From Anaerolineae bacterium (GTDB lineage Bacteria > Chloroflexota > Anaerolineae > B4-G1), in NCBI GenBank assembly GCA_041687115.1, contig JAWLCP010000004.1:88-60660 (forward strand): a stretch of 60,573 nucleotides of DNA. Reading direction: 5' to 3'. Positions 9,801-18,687 of this stretch are shown piece by piece. Both the position numbers and the translations under genes were made by a program. Each line of letters opens with the position of its first letter. The first letter of the stretch is position 1. The notes below the pieces were generated by a model. That model had not been told where the DNA came from and made no database searches. It saw only the letters and a program-made list of their open reading frames with translations.

Positions 9801-12013
9801 TGACCGGGTACCGCCTCCGGGTGAGGAGTGTCGAGGCGCGGAGCCGGGAGCTGGAGAGGCAAGTCGCAGAGCGAACCGAGGAGCTGGCGGCGGTCAACGC
9901 CATCGCGGCCGTGGTGAGCCGCTCTCTGGATCTGGATGAGATGCTGGCCGATGCCCTGGACAAGACGTTAGAGATGATGGGTCTCGAGGTGGGGGGAGTC
10001 TATCTGCTGGATGAGGAAGCCGGCATGCTAGACATCGCTGTCCAGCGAGGATTCAGACCTGAGATGGTGGCCGAGATCGACGCATTGAAGGTGGGCGAGG
10101 GGTTCTCAGGCCGCGTTGCGCAGTCAGGGGAGCCACTGGTGGTGGCGGATGTATCGGAGGACCGTCGTCTGACACGGATGGTGGTGCAGGAGGACGGGCT
10201 CGGCTCGCTCGCTGTGGTCCCCTTGAGCGCGAAAGGGAATGTGCTGGGGACGCTTTTCACGGCCACACGGGGCTATCGAGAGTTTGCGGACCGGGACGTG
10301 CAGTTGCTGACGGCCATTGGCCGTCAGATCGGGGTGGCTGTGGAGAACGCTGCTCTCTATGAGGACACGAGACGCCGGCTGGCACAGCTGACGGCGCTCC
10401 AGGAGACGACGATGGCGGTGGCCAGTACGCTGGAGCTGGAGAGACTTCTGCACTTGATCGTGCACCACGCTGTACGGTTGGTCCAGGCCGAGGGGGGCCT
10501 CCTCAACCTGGTCGATTGGGAGGCCGGCGAAGACGAAGTCGTCGCCGCCGTCGGAATCGCGGCTGGTTCGGTCGGTATTCGCTCCAGTCTCGGGGCTGGA
10601 TTGTCGGGGTGGGTGGCGAAGCATGACGAGGCCGTGGTGTCGAACGACGTTCGAGCGGATGCCCGGATTGACGCATCGGGCCTTCACTCGCTGGAGTCGG
10701 AGAGCGGGAAGCGGATCCAGAACACGGCTGCGGCCCCTTTGAGCATCAAGGATCGCGTGGTGGGGACGCTGGTGGTGCTGAACAAGGGAAGTGGCGAACA
10801 GGATCTGGACCAGGGTGATCTCAACCTGCTCCAGGCCTTCGCCAACCAGGCAGCCACGGCCATTGAGAACGCACGCCTCTTCGAGGCTGAGCAACGCCGG
10901 GCGGAGCAGTTCCGGGTGATCAGCGAGGTGGGGCAGCGGTTCACGTCGATTATGAGCATCGACAGCGTCCTGCAACAGGTGGCGGAGTTGATCCAGAGCG
11001 CGTTCGCGTACGACCACGTGGGGATCGCGATGATCGAGGACGGTACGGCCGTCTACCGGGTTGGCGCGGGCAAGCTGTGGGGAGAGAACGGTTTTGAGTT
11101 CTCGCCGGCACGCCTCCGAGTCGGCGAGGAGGGCATCACCGGCTGGGTGGCCAGCAGAGGGGAGCCGCTCCTGGTGCCCGACGTGCGGGAGGAGCCGCGC
11201 TACGTGTGGATGGAGGGCAGCAGCACCCTTTCTGAGCTCATCGTGCCCATCACCCTCAAGGGGGAGGTGATTGGTGTGCTGGATGCTCAGAGCGACCAGC
11301 TGGACGCCTTCGACGATAGCGATCTTACGGTCCTCCAGGCTCTGGCGGATCAAGCGGCCGTGGCCATTGACAACGCCCGCCTGTATGAGCAGGCCCAGCG
11401 ACTGGCCGTGGTCGAGGAGCGACAGCGTCTGGCCCGCGAGTTGCACGATTCGGTGACGCAGGCGCTTTACGGCACAACGCTATACGCGGAAGCGGCGGCG
11501 CGGCAGCTGGCGACCGGGGAGGTGGAGCTGGTCGCGGATCATCTACGGGAGCTGCGGGACACGGCGCAAGAGGCGCTGCGGGAGATGCGTCTGCTGATCT
11601 TCGAGCTGCGGCCCTCGATTCTCGACACCGAGGGGTTGGTCACGGCCCTGCGGGCGCGGCTGGAAGCGGTGGAGGAGCGAGCGGGACTGGAGGTACTTCT
11701 CCGGGTCGAGGGAGAGGGGACCGTGCCCGCCGAGATCGAGGAGGGGCTATACCGCATCGCGCAAGAGGCGTTGAACAACGCGCTCAAGCACGCCTGCGCC
11801 GGACGGGTCAGCGTGTGCCTGGACCGGGGGGAGGAGGCGGTCGTTCTGGAGATCGTAGACGACGGCCTTGGTTTCGATCCCAGCACGGCTGTGGAGGGCG
11901 GAGGACTTGGCCTGGATGGGATGATCGAGCGGGCAGCCAAGATGGGAGGGGAGCTGGTACTGGACAGCGAACCGGGGGCGGGAACGAGGGTGCGAGTGGA
12001 GGTGCCTCGATGA
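6899..12013 (+). CDS. Membrane sensor kinase: Reg_prop beta-propellers, Y_Y_Y, TM, 3x GAF, HisKA_3/HATPase
   Basis: Hydrophobic N-terminus, many 'D..G.LWVGT..GL.RYD' repeats, Y_Y_Y 'YTNLPPGRYTFRVKGSNSDGVWN', 'PPFWATWWF' TM and H-box 'ERQRLARELHDSVTQ'. Start uncertain (6812-6908). Confidence 0.92.
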   Translation: MGSMRRAPSLCLILGMLIGIIPLTGISCGCARASSAGAIVPSLPGESNRGSSQLLGSSPAPVASQHLTFRRLTLEDGLSQSSIYCIVQDGQGFMWFGTEDGLNRYDGYDIKVYRHDPDNPHSLSSNTILGCERDQRDVVWIVTGDGTLHRYEPETGRFIRYSLALEDPFQQLGGAITTLHGDVQGRLWVGTYGDGLVRYDPEEDAFSAYRHDPTDPTSLSHRVVWRIHEDREGVIWVGTEGGLNRYDEETDSFLRYPYRDFPPGGYQYDPPVHDYDPAFQPHNPDALGSPAVTYLAEDDAGSLWVGTRYGGLNRLDMGTGRFTSYLYDASFEPEDPGTFSGNSVRELLVDHLGAIWVSSAHWNVDETRTYARLGLERFDPETGDIERFVADPEDACSLPHDATWRIYEDSRGTLWLHTFAGGVEVYDRTTGCFVHYGHDPDDEGTLSGDDITRFYEDEAGGLWIGTTVSGMSLYDPTWAKFASYRVTAPDGERLSNNSIWRFGVSPENLDAEGRARALWVSTFAGINYWDRRADTFTFYEIDPKLPDNQAYAIVEDAERDALWLATSMGLERATLPGDVSTAPETLDFTRVLTRSSAAIGYVLDLHPAGADQLWVAQYGVGLHRLDLTAEQIVATYRHDPGDEDSLGDDRVRAIFPARDDGLWLVTASGVDHFDPATEAFTHSLHDPDDPQSVAERVLWLYEDEAGAVWLGTNGDGLQRLDAGTGRVMVTYGEEEDLPNNVVYSVLPDEAGHLWLSTNRGLARFDPVTETFQSYTSADGLQSNEFNYRAALRAPDDELLLGGVNGINSFYPKDVAPSAYVPPIVITEIQLGPPRPPRGAGGGSGTSAEGGSETVLETPTHLTEEIELSYQDRILSFEFAALHYAIPERNQYAYLMDGFDRDWNYVGNRRFATYTNLPPGRYTFRVKGSNSDGVWNEEGTSLSVTVTPPFWATWWFRGILGLLVIGGAVTGYRLRVRSVEARSRELERQVAERTEELAAVNAIAAVVSRSLDLDEMLADALDKTLEMMGLEVGGVYLLDEEAGMLDIAVQRGFRPEMVAEIDALKVGEGFSGRVAQSGEPLVVADVSEDRRLTRMVVQEDGLGSLAVVPLSAKGNVLGTLFTATRGYREFADRDVQLLTAIGRQIGVAVENAALYEDTRRRLAQLTALQETTMAVASTLELERLLHLIVHHAVRLVQAEGGLLNLVDWEAGEDEVVAAVGIAAGSVGIRSSLGAGLSGWVAKHDEAVVSNDVRADARIDASGLHSLESESGKRIQNTAAAPLSIKDRVVGTLVVLNKGSGEQDLDQGDLNLLQAFANQAATAIENARLFEAEQRRAEQFRVISEVGQRFTSIMSIDSVLQQVAELIQSAFAYDHVGIAMIEDGTAVYRVGAGKLWGENGFEFSPARLRVGEEGITGWVASRGEPLLVPDVREEPRYVWMEGSSTLSELIVPITLKGEVIGVLDAQSDQLDAFDDSDLTVLQALADQAAVAIDNARLYEQAQRLAVVEERQRLARELHDSVTQALYGTTLYAEAAARQLATGEVELVADHLRELRDTAQEALREMRLLIFELRPSILDTEGLVTALRARLEAVEERAGLEVLLRVEGEGTVPAEIEEGLYRIAQEALNNALKHACAGRVSVCLDRGEEAVVLEIVDDGLGFDPSTAVEGGGLGLDGMIERAAKMGGELVLDSEPGAGTRVRVEVPR

Positions 12014-13623
12014 CGGCCGACGGACTCGGCTGGGCCGACGAACTCGGCTGGGCCGACAAAGTCGGCAGGGCTGACGGGGTTCGTGGGAGTGGCGGTCACA
12101 AGCCCATTCGTGTGCTGGTAGTGGACGATCACGCGATCGTCCGGAGGGGCATCCGGGCTTTGCTGGAGACCGAGGCAGATATCGAGGTGGTGGGGGAGGT
12201 CGAGGATGGACGGCAGGCGGTCGCTGAGGCGGTGCGCCTCCGGCCCGATGTGATTCTCATGGATCTGATGATGCCAGGGATGGACGGGATAGAGGCCACG
12301 CAGCGAATCACTGCCCGCCAGCCGGAAACCCGTGTCCTGGTGCTTACGAGCTTTGCCGGTGACGACAAGGTCTTCCCGGCGATCAAGGCGGGCGCACTGG
12401 GGTATCTTCTGAAGGACTCCAGTCCGGATGAGTTGGTGAGTGCCATCGGGAAGGTGTATCGTGGTGAGTCGTCGCTCCATCCGAAGATCGCTGAGAAGGT
12501 GCTGCAGGAACTGACTCCCCTCTCGGAGCAGGGGGTGGCACCAGATCCGCTGACCGAACGGGATATGGACGTGCTCCAATTAGTGGCACGCGGGCAGAGC
12601 AACGGAGAGATAGCCAGTGCGCTGGCGGTCAGCGAGTCGACGGTGCGCGCGCACGTCCACGATATCCTGAGCAAGCTCCACCTGGTCAGTCGGACCGAGG
12701 CGGTACTGTATGCCTTGCGAGAGGGCCTGGCGTCAGTTGACGACCTAACGCCGGGCTACGTGAGCAGACTGCTGGCGATGACTGGAAGAGATGCGGACTT
12801 GACGCCGTCGGTCGGCCGATCGCCCGTGGCGGGCGCCAGCAACGATGAGCTTGAGGCTCTACGCCTGATTGCCGCCGATCACCAGAAGGTCGGGCAGGAG
12901 CTGGCCCTGGCGGGGGAAATCCAGGCGGGTTTCCTTCCCGACACGCTTCCGGACGTCCCCGGCTGGCAACTGACTGCAACCCTGGAGCCGGCCAGGGAGA
13001 CCGCGGGGGATTTCTACGATGTCATCCCCCTGCCCAACGGACGGCTAGGGATAGTGGTTGCGGACGTCGCCGACAAAGGCGTGGGCGCAGCGCTATACAT
13101 GGCTCTGGCCCGGACGCTCATCCGGACCTACGCCGCTGACTACGACACGGAGCCTGAACGCGTGCTCAGTGTCGTCAATGATCGCATCCTGATGGATACG
13201 CGGGCCAGCCTGTTCGTGACCGTCTTCTACGGCACCCTCGATCCAGTGAGCGGAACACTGACGTACTGCAACGCAGGACATAATCCACCGTACCTGCTGA
13301 CTGCCCGGGACAGGCAGTCGGTTCAGAGACTGGGAAGAACCGGGATACCGCTCGGCATCTACAGGGACCAGGCCTGGGAAAGAGGCGCTGTTCCCGTAGC
13401 ACCCGGGGTAACATTACTGCTTTACACGGATGGCGTCACGGAGGCGCAGAACCGAGACGAGGCATTTTTCGGCGAGGAGCGATTGCTGGCGGTGGCCCGG
13501 GCGAGCCTGGGACGTTCGGCCCGGGATATGCAGGAGCGGGTGATCGCGGAGGTGCATCGCTTCGTGGGCGGTGTCCCTCGGTCGGATGATATCACGGTGA
13601 TGGTTGTGATGAGGGAGCCTTGA
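12010..13623 (+). CDS. NarL-type response regulator fused to a PP2C/SpoIIE phosphatase
   Basis: REC plus LuxR HTH, then 'AGDFYD', 'VADVADKG', 'CNAGHNPP', 'YTDGVTEA', 'SDDIT'. ATG overlaps the kinase stop (ATGA). Confidence 0.9.
   Translation: MTADGLGWADELGWADKVGRADGVRGSGGHKPIRVLVVDDHAIVRRGIRALLETEADIEVVGEVEDGRQAVAEAVRLRPDVILMDLMMPGMDGIEATQRITARQPETRVLVLTSFAGDDKVFPAIKAGALGYLLKDSSPDELVSAIGKVYRGESSLHPKIAEKVLQELTPLSEQGVAPDPLTERDMDVLQLVARGQSNGEIASALAVSESTVRAHVHDILSKLHLVSRTEAVLYALREGLASVDDLTPGYVSRLLAMTGRDADLTPSVGRSPVAGASNDELEALRLIAADHQKVGQELALAGEIQAGFLPDTLPDVPGWQLTATLEPARETAGDFYDVIPLPNGRLGIVVADVADKGVGAALYMALARTLIRTYAADYDTEPERVLSVVNDRILMDTRASLFVTVFYGTLDPVSGTLTYCNAGHNPPYLLTARDRQSVQRLGRTGIPLGIYRDQAWERGAVPVAPGVTLLLYTDGVTEAQNRDEAFFGEERLLAVARASLGRSARDMQERVIAEVHRFVGGVPRSDDITVMVVMREP
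12015..12076 (+). repeat. 18-bp tandem repeat, about 3.4 copies
   Basis: GGCCGACGGACTCGGCTG / GGCCGACGAACTCGGCTG / GGCCGACAAAGTCGGCAG / GGCTGACG, encoding ADGLGW-ADELGW-ADKVGR-AD. Confidence 0.85.
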
Positions 13624-13724
13624 CGCTGGATCTCAGCGGATCCGATTGGCACGGCTTGAAGGAGTTATCAGGTGATCATCGAGGCAGACGGCGAGAGGCG
13701 ACGGGCGACGGCGGAGGTGCCTGA

Positions 13725-14435
13725 ATGACGGGGACACACGACGACCAGAGGACGGACGACCAGGCCAGGCCGATTCGCGTGCTGGTGGTGGACGACCACG
13801 TCGTGGTGCGGCGGGGCATTCGGGCCTTGCTGGGTACGGTGGACGAGGTCCAGGTGGTGGGCGAGGCTCCGGACGGTGAGGAGGCATTGGAGAGGGTCAA
13901 GGCCCTGCGCCCCGACGTGATCCTGCTCGACCTGCTGATGCCCCGAATGGACGGCATCGAGGTGACGCGCCGCCTGGTCGCGGAGGATCCCAAGACGCGG
14001 ATCCTGGTGCTCACCAGCTTCGCCGCGGATGACCAGGTCTTCCCCGCCATCAAGGCCGGGGCGCTGGGCTACCTGCTGAAGGACACAGGACCGGAGGAGT
14101 TGGTGCGGGCCATTCGTCAGGTGTACCGCGGCGAGTCGTCGCTGTCACCCGCCGTCGCCCGGAAGGTGCTCCAGGAGCTATCGCGCCCGCTGGATCGACC
14201 GCCGACGCCAGATCCGCTGACGGAGCGGGAGCTGGAGGTGCTGCAGGTCGTGGCCAGAGGACTGAGCAACCAGGACATCGCCGCCGAGTTGATGATCAGC
14301 GAAGCGACGGTGCGCACTCACGTGAGCAACATCCTGGGTAAGCTGCACCTGGCCAGCCGCACGCAAGCTGCGCTCTACGCTCTGCGCGAGGGGCTGGCCT
14401 CGCTGAATGACGTTGATGCCGACGTAGCGGGCTGA
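13725..14435 (+). CDS. NarL/LuxR family response regulator
   Basis: Complete REC plus HTH; close paralog of the N-terminal half of 12010-13623. Confidence 0.95.
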   Translation: MTGTHDDQRTDDQARPIRVLVVDDHVVVRRGIRALLGTVDEVQVVGEAPDGEEALERVKALRPDVILLDLLMPRMDGIEVTRRLVAEDPKTRILVLTSFAADDQVFPAIKAGALGYLLKDTGPEELVRAIRQVYRGESSLSPAVARKVLQELSRPLDRPPTPDPLTERELEVLQVVARGLSNQDIAAELMISEATVRTHVSNILGKLHLASRTQAALYALREGLASLNDVDADVAG

Positions 14436-14476
14436 CGATGGGATGGCTTCGGCTGGGCTCCAGGAGGGGATTGAGG

Positions 14477-14530
14477 CGGTACTTCTCCATCGTGCCCACG
14501 GTGGCGCGATTCGAGCTGGCGATGGAGCAG
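14477..14530 (+). pseudogene. Short oligoendopeptidase F fragment
   Basis: Translates RYFSIVPTVARFELAMEQ versus [18 protein letters not shown] in pepF near 49197. Confidence 0.6.
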
Positions 14531-14672
14531 TCAAGCCCTGGGCAGGCTGCGCAGAGACTGAGTTCGCGCAACGGCTTGCGGCGAGGCTGGGAGCTACGCT
14601 TATGGGTACGATGATAGAGGCAGTGGAAGGCGCCAAGGAGCTGTCGATGGCCGAAGGTGATGTCTGACCGGA

Positions 14673-14711
14673 TGCAACATTCTTCGTAAGGAGCGTACGA
14701 CTGGCGCGGAG
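14673..14711 (+). repeat. Truncated copy (boxes 1-2) of the 123-bp regulatory module
   Basis: TGCAACATTCTTCGTA-N7-TACGACTGGCGCGGAG, with the same spacing as the full copies; joins the pepF relic at GAG. Confidence 0.75.
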
Positions 14712-15764
14712 CCCGACCTGGCGATCTACAGGCATTACGTCGAGGACCTGGAGCGCCAGAAGGAGCACGTCCGCTCGAGCGACGTCGAAGAGGTTCTGGC
14801 GATGGCCATGGACCCGCTAAGTGGCGCCTCGTCGACTTATAGCGCTCTCACGAACGCCGACCTGCCTTTCGAGCCGGCGCGTGGCGAGGACGGCGAGGAA
14901 AGGGAGGTGGGCTTCGAGCAGGCAGTCGAGTGGATCTGCGCGGGGCTAGCTCCGCTGGGCGACGAGTACGTCGAGACGCTTCGAGCGGGCGCGATGGAGA
15001 AGCGCTGGGTGGATCGGGCGCGGAACAAGGGGAAGCGTCAGGGCGCCTTCTCCAGCGGCGCCTACGACACGCAGCCGTTCATCATGATGAGCTACGCCGA
15101 TGACGTCTTCAGCCTGAGCACGCTGGCCCACGAGCTGGGTCACTCGATGCACTCGCTGCTGACGCGGGAGAACCAACCCTACGTCTACGGCCGGTACTCC
15201 CTCTTCGTGGCCCAGGTGGCCTCCAACTTCCATCAGGCGATGGTGCGCGATTACCTGTTCCGCACGGAGGAGGATCCCGACCTCCCGTTGGCCCTCATCG
15301 AGGAGACCATGTCGAACTTCCACCGCTACTTCTTCATCATGCCGACGCTGGCGTGGTTCGAGCTGGAGATGCACCAGCGGGTGGAGCAGGGGGCGCCGGT
15401 TAACGCCCGGACGATGATCGATCTGACGGCGGATCTGTTCAACGAGGGGTATGGTGAAGAGATCGTTACTGATCACGATCGCAGCGGCATCACCTGGGCA
15501 CAGTTCGCCCACATGTACATGAACTTCTACGTCTACCAGTACGCGACCGGAATCTCCGGGGCCCATGCCCTGGCCGATCGGGTGCTGGCTGGCGAGCCGG
15601 GGGCGGCGGAGGCGTACGTCGAGTTCCTGAGTTCAGGCGGCTCGGTCTATCCCCTCGACGCGCTCAAAGCCGCCGGGGTGGATCTGACCACGCCGGAGCC
15701 GGTGGAGAAGGCCTTCGGATCACTGGCGGAGGTAGTAGATCGGCTGGAGGCGTTGGTGCTGTGA
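14709..15764 (+). pseudogene. pepF: Truncated, internally deleted oligoendopeptidase F paralog
   Basis: Highly similar to 47832-49637, but lacks about 130 N-terminal aa and 119 internal aa. The zinc-ligand motif AEVASN reads AQVASN. Confidence 0.88.
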
Positions 15765-15858
15765 TCATGCTGAACCGGCAACCACGTGCCCCCATCTGTG
15801 CCGAATAGGCCAGTAGGTAGCCAGGGTCGTCGGTGCGCGGGCGTAACGGCTAGCAGGA

Positions 15859-15981
15859 TACAACATTCATCGTAGATCGAATACGATGAGCGTGGAGAAG
15901 GATCGTCCTCAGGACGGTCCTTTTTTCGTACCGCCAATCGAACCTTCTTCCGATGACAGTGGGCTCCGTCTGGCGTACACT
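15859..15981 (+). promoter_or_regulatory. 123-bp repeated regulatory module, copy 1
   Basis: TACAACATTCATCGTA...hairpin AAGGATCGTCC-TCA-GGACGGTCCTT...ATGACA-N17-TACACT. Confidence 0.85.
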
Positions 15982-16131
15982 AGGAACGACCCTGATTCGG
16001 GGTTCCTCTGATCCATGGCCTTAGTGATTCTGTATTGGCCCGCCGGCGGGGACTGGGCGAGGTGACCGTTCTGAGGCTGCCGGTGCTGTCGCTCCGGCAA
16101 GAGACGAAGACCCAATAGAGGAGAGCAGACG

Positions 16132-16367
16132 ATGACGACTCAAGCAATCCCCCGCTCCGACGACTGGCGGAGAAGCTCCTGGGTACAGGTGCTCGCCATC
16201 GTCATAGGCTACGGCTCAACCTACGTCCCGACGGTGGTCGCTCAACTGGGAGGAGATCAGCCGTCGGCTATCACGCCTTCGGCCGGGTCGCGCCTTTGAT
16301 GCTCGCGCACTATCTTCACGACGCCGTTCAGTTCGCAGCGGTCTATATCATAGTGAATGGATTCTGA
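16132..16367 (+). pseudogene. Internally deleted membrane protein, probable CPBP relic
   Basis: GAGGAG RBS plus MTTQAIPR...; a second frame reads YHAFGRVAPLMLAHYLHDAVQF, like the C-terminal HxxxD/N motif of CPBP proteases. Confidence 0.5.
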
Positions 16368-16453
16368 TATCGTTCGGGATCGTGCGCACCGGTTCGATCA
16401 TCAGACGCGCGAGAGGGCGACGGCGGCAAAGCCGCTGAGCCCTGGGATCGTAT

Positions 16454-16939
16454 ATGGGAGGACGTACCGTGTGGACAGAGACCGAAATCAAGCCGCGGTG
16501 GGCAGCGCTCACTGTTTGGGGTGTGGTGAACGCGGTCAACGTCCTGCAGGCTACGGGGTTCACCTCGCGGGTGTGGACCGGAGATAGGGCGATCAACCAC
16601 CTCCTGGGCCGCGTGATCATCGCCCTCGCAGCGCCAGCAGCTGTGGCGCTATTCGCTTTCCTTCGTGCCCGAGCTGGCTGGCTCCAGGGGGTTGGCCCGG
16701 CTGTGTACCTCGTCTTCATCGCCCTAGAGCTCGCTGTCGATTACCTCTGGCCCGTTGAGTTCCGGTCTCCCGTGAGGCCCGAGATTCTGGTGCCCTATCT
16801 GGTGCTCTTCTTCGGGTCGATTCTGCTGATGGGGCTGCCCATGTTCGGCGCCAACCGGCAGTTGTGGCTCGTCACCGTGGTCACCACCGTGCTACTGCTG
16901 GGGTCGATGGTCGTGGCAATGCGCCGAAGCGTTGCCTGA
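16454..16939 (+). CDS. Hypothetical membrane protein (paralog of 41926-42363)
   Basis: About 5 TM; shares DY..(x)..R.P.R..I.VPY.VL...P....R.LW with 41926. Confidence 0.8.
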   Translation: MGGRTVWTETEIKPRWAALTVWGVVNAVNVLQATGFTSRVWTGDRAINHLLGRVIIALAAPAAVALFAFLRARAGWLQGVGPAVYLVFIALELAVDYLWPVEFRSPVRPEILVPYLVLFFGSILLMGLPMFGANRQLWLVTVVTTVLLLGSMVVAMRRSVA

Positions 16940-17013
16940 GGCTCCTATGGTGGCAGCTGGCTACATCTGGTCAGGACCCAGCTGATCGAGCGCGGCGACA
17001 GGAGGATTCACAT

Positions 17014-17484
17014 ATGAGAAGCCTGGTCGTCTACTACTCCCTATTCGGAAACACGCAGAGAATCGCGGAAGTGATCGCTGAAAGACTGGAGGAGGAAGGG
17101 CACGTGCGCGTGGTCGGGGCGGACCAGCTGACTACCTCTGACCTGGACGGGGTCGACCTGGTCGTGCTGGGGAGTCCAACCCACCGTATGAACGTGCCCG
17201 AGACGGTGCGACCTGTTCTGGAACGGTTGCCCAAAGGGGCGCTCCAGGGCGCATCCGTCGCCGCTTTCGATACGTCGTACAAGATGTCCGCACTGTTGAG
17301 TCGTTTCACTGCGGTGCCGAAGTTGGCCCGAAGGCTGCGCAAGCTTGGCGGGACACCCCTCGTCCCACCGGAGACCTTCCACGTGCTGGGAAGGGAGGGC
17401 CCGCCATATGACGGCGAGATCGAGCGGGCGAGGGCGTGGGCGGACTCGATTCTCGCAGGGCTCGGGAGCACGCGTGGCCGCTAG
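17014..17484 (+). CDS. Flavodoxin family protein
   Basis: YYSLFGNT FMN loop, LGSPTH, AAFDT; GGAGGA RBS. Confidence 0.88.
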   Translation: MRSLVVYYSLFGNTQRIAEVIAERLEEEGHVRVVGADQLTTSDLDGVDLVVLGSPTHRMNVPETVRPVLERLPKGALQGASVAAFDTSYKMSALLSRFTAVPKLARRLRKLGGTPLVPPETFHVLGREGPPYDGEIERARAWADSILAGLGSTRGR

Positions 17485-17500
17485 TACCGATTCGTGAGGA

Positions 17501-18406
17501 ATGAATCACCAGCAGGAGGCGAGAATGTCCAAGGTCAAGCGAGCCATTCTGCTCTCGTTTCGCCTGGCACTCACGTGCGTAGCTATGGGGGTCGCCTACC
17601 TCCTGAGCACGATGGTCATTGGCGAGACCAACGTACCGATGACGGCAGAGGAGGCGGGTCAGGCCGGTATAGCGCTCGTGTTTGTCTCCTCAGTTAATGC
17701 GCTGGTGCTGTCGTCAATCATCCTGCGGTCGCCCCGGCACGGGTTGAAGCTCATCGGCCTGGTGATCCTGGTTCAGTTCGGCGTAGAGACGCTGATGACG
17801 CAGATCGAGACACTGTACTTCAACAGCGCACTAAGGATGGGAAGTGGTGAGTTTGCTGCTATTGTCGCTGCAGGTGCCCTCCGGGCGCTGATCTTCTCGC
17901 CTCTTGCCGTTCTCATTCTGGGGAAGACGAGGAAGTCGGTGAAGCCGGAGGAGCAGAGGGCGACGGCAGCTCTGTCCAGCCGGGTCAAGCGCTTCGCTGC
18001 GCTGGCGGTGTTCTACGTGGTTGTCTACTTCTTCTTCGGCTACTTCGTGGCTTGGCAGTGGGAGGAGACGCGCACGTTCTACGCGGGGAATACCGCCATT
18101 GAGCCGTTTCTCAGACACTTCGGCGATCTCTTCCTCAGGGAGGATCCGGTCATCATCCCATTCCAACTGCTGCGAGGCGCGTTGTGGACCGGGCTTGCCC
18201 TTGTCATCGTGCGTATGATACGGGCCAGCCGGTGGGGAACCTCGCTGGCAGTGGCCTTGACGTTTGCGGTGCTGCTATCCCTGCCGATTGGACTGTTTCC
18301 CAATCCATACATGCCGCCGATGGTGCGCCAGGCGCACTTCTATGAACTGGCCTCCTCTATGCTAGTATTTGGCGGCATCGCAGGTTGGGTCTTGCACACC
18401 AACTGA
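17501..18406 (+). CDS. Hypothetical multi-pass membrane protein
   Basis: About 8 hydrophobic segments; alternative start at 17525 with an AGGAGG RBS. Confidence 0.8.
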   Translation: MNHQQEARMSKVKRAILLSFRLALTCVAMGVAYLLSTMVIGETNVPMTAEEAGQAGIALVFVSSVNALVLSSIILRSPRHGLKLIGLVILVQFGVETLMTQIETLYFNSALRMGSGEFAAIVAAGALRALIFSPLAVLILGKTRKSVKPEEQRATAALSSRVKRFAALAVFYVVVYFFFGYFVAWQWEETRTFYAGNTAIEPFLRHFGDLFLREDPVIIPFQLLRGALWTGLALVIVRMIRASRWGTSLAVALTFAVLLSLPIGLFPNPYMPPMVRQAHFYELASSMLVFGGIAGWVLHTN

Positions 18407-18498
18407 GGCAGCGGACGAACGTCCTTCATTGGCCGGACGAGCTGCCTGGTACCCATGGTTTGAAGATGGGGAAGGAAGGATAGAAGAGGCGCCATCAC

Positions 18499-18687
18499 AT
18501 GAAGAGGTCTCGGTTCATCGTTAGCATCGCCATGTTGATCGTCGGCATCGCCCTGGTCGCCGTGGCTGTGCTGATGGTCCTGTTTGGAAACGACTCTAGC
18601 GCCGTCGCAGCGCCGATCGGTGTCCCTGGTCTGGCGCTTATCGCAGCCTCGGGTCTGGTGCTCACCGCGCCCTCGCGGAGGCAGTAG
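18499..18687 (+). CDS. Small 2-TM protein (paralog of 42429-42587)
   Basis: MKRSRFIVSI...AVLMVLF...GLALIA..SRR; AGAGG RBS. Confidence 0.65.
   Translation: MKRSRFIVSIAMLIVGIALVAVAVLMVLFGNDSSAVAAPIGVPGLALIAASGLVLTAPSRRQ

Noticed and set aside
12015-12076. CRISPR-like short palindromic repeats
   Set aside because: Units are contiguous with no spacers, lie in a coding frame, and no cas genes are present.
14443-14667. 74-aa ORF after the regulator
   Set aside because: It overlaps a pepF sliver in another frame and has no recognisable features, so it is probably decayed DNA.
16951-16990. Resemblance to the 5937 palindrome (CTGGTCAGG)
   Set aside because: Only a half-site matches, and it is better explained as a CAGCTGG...CCAGCTG hairpin after the upstream gene.
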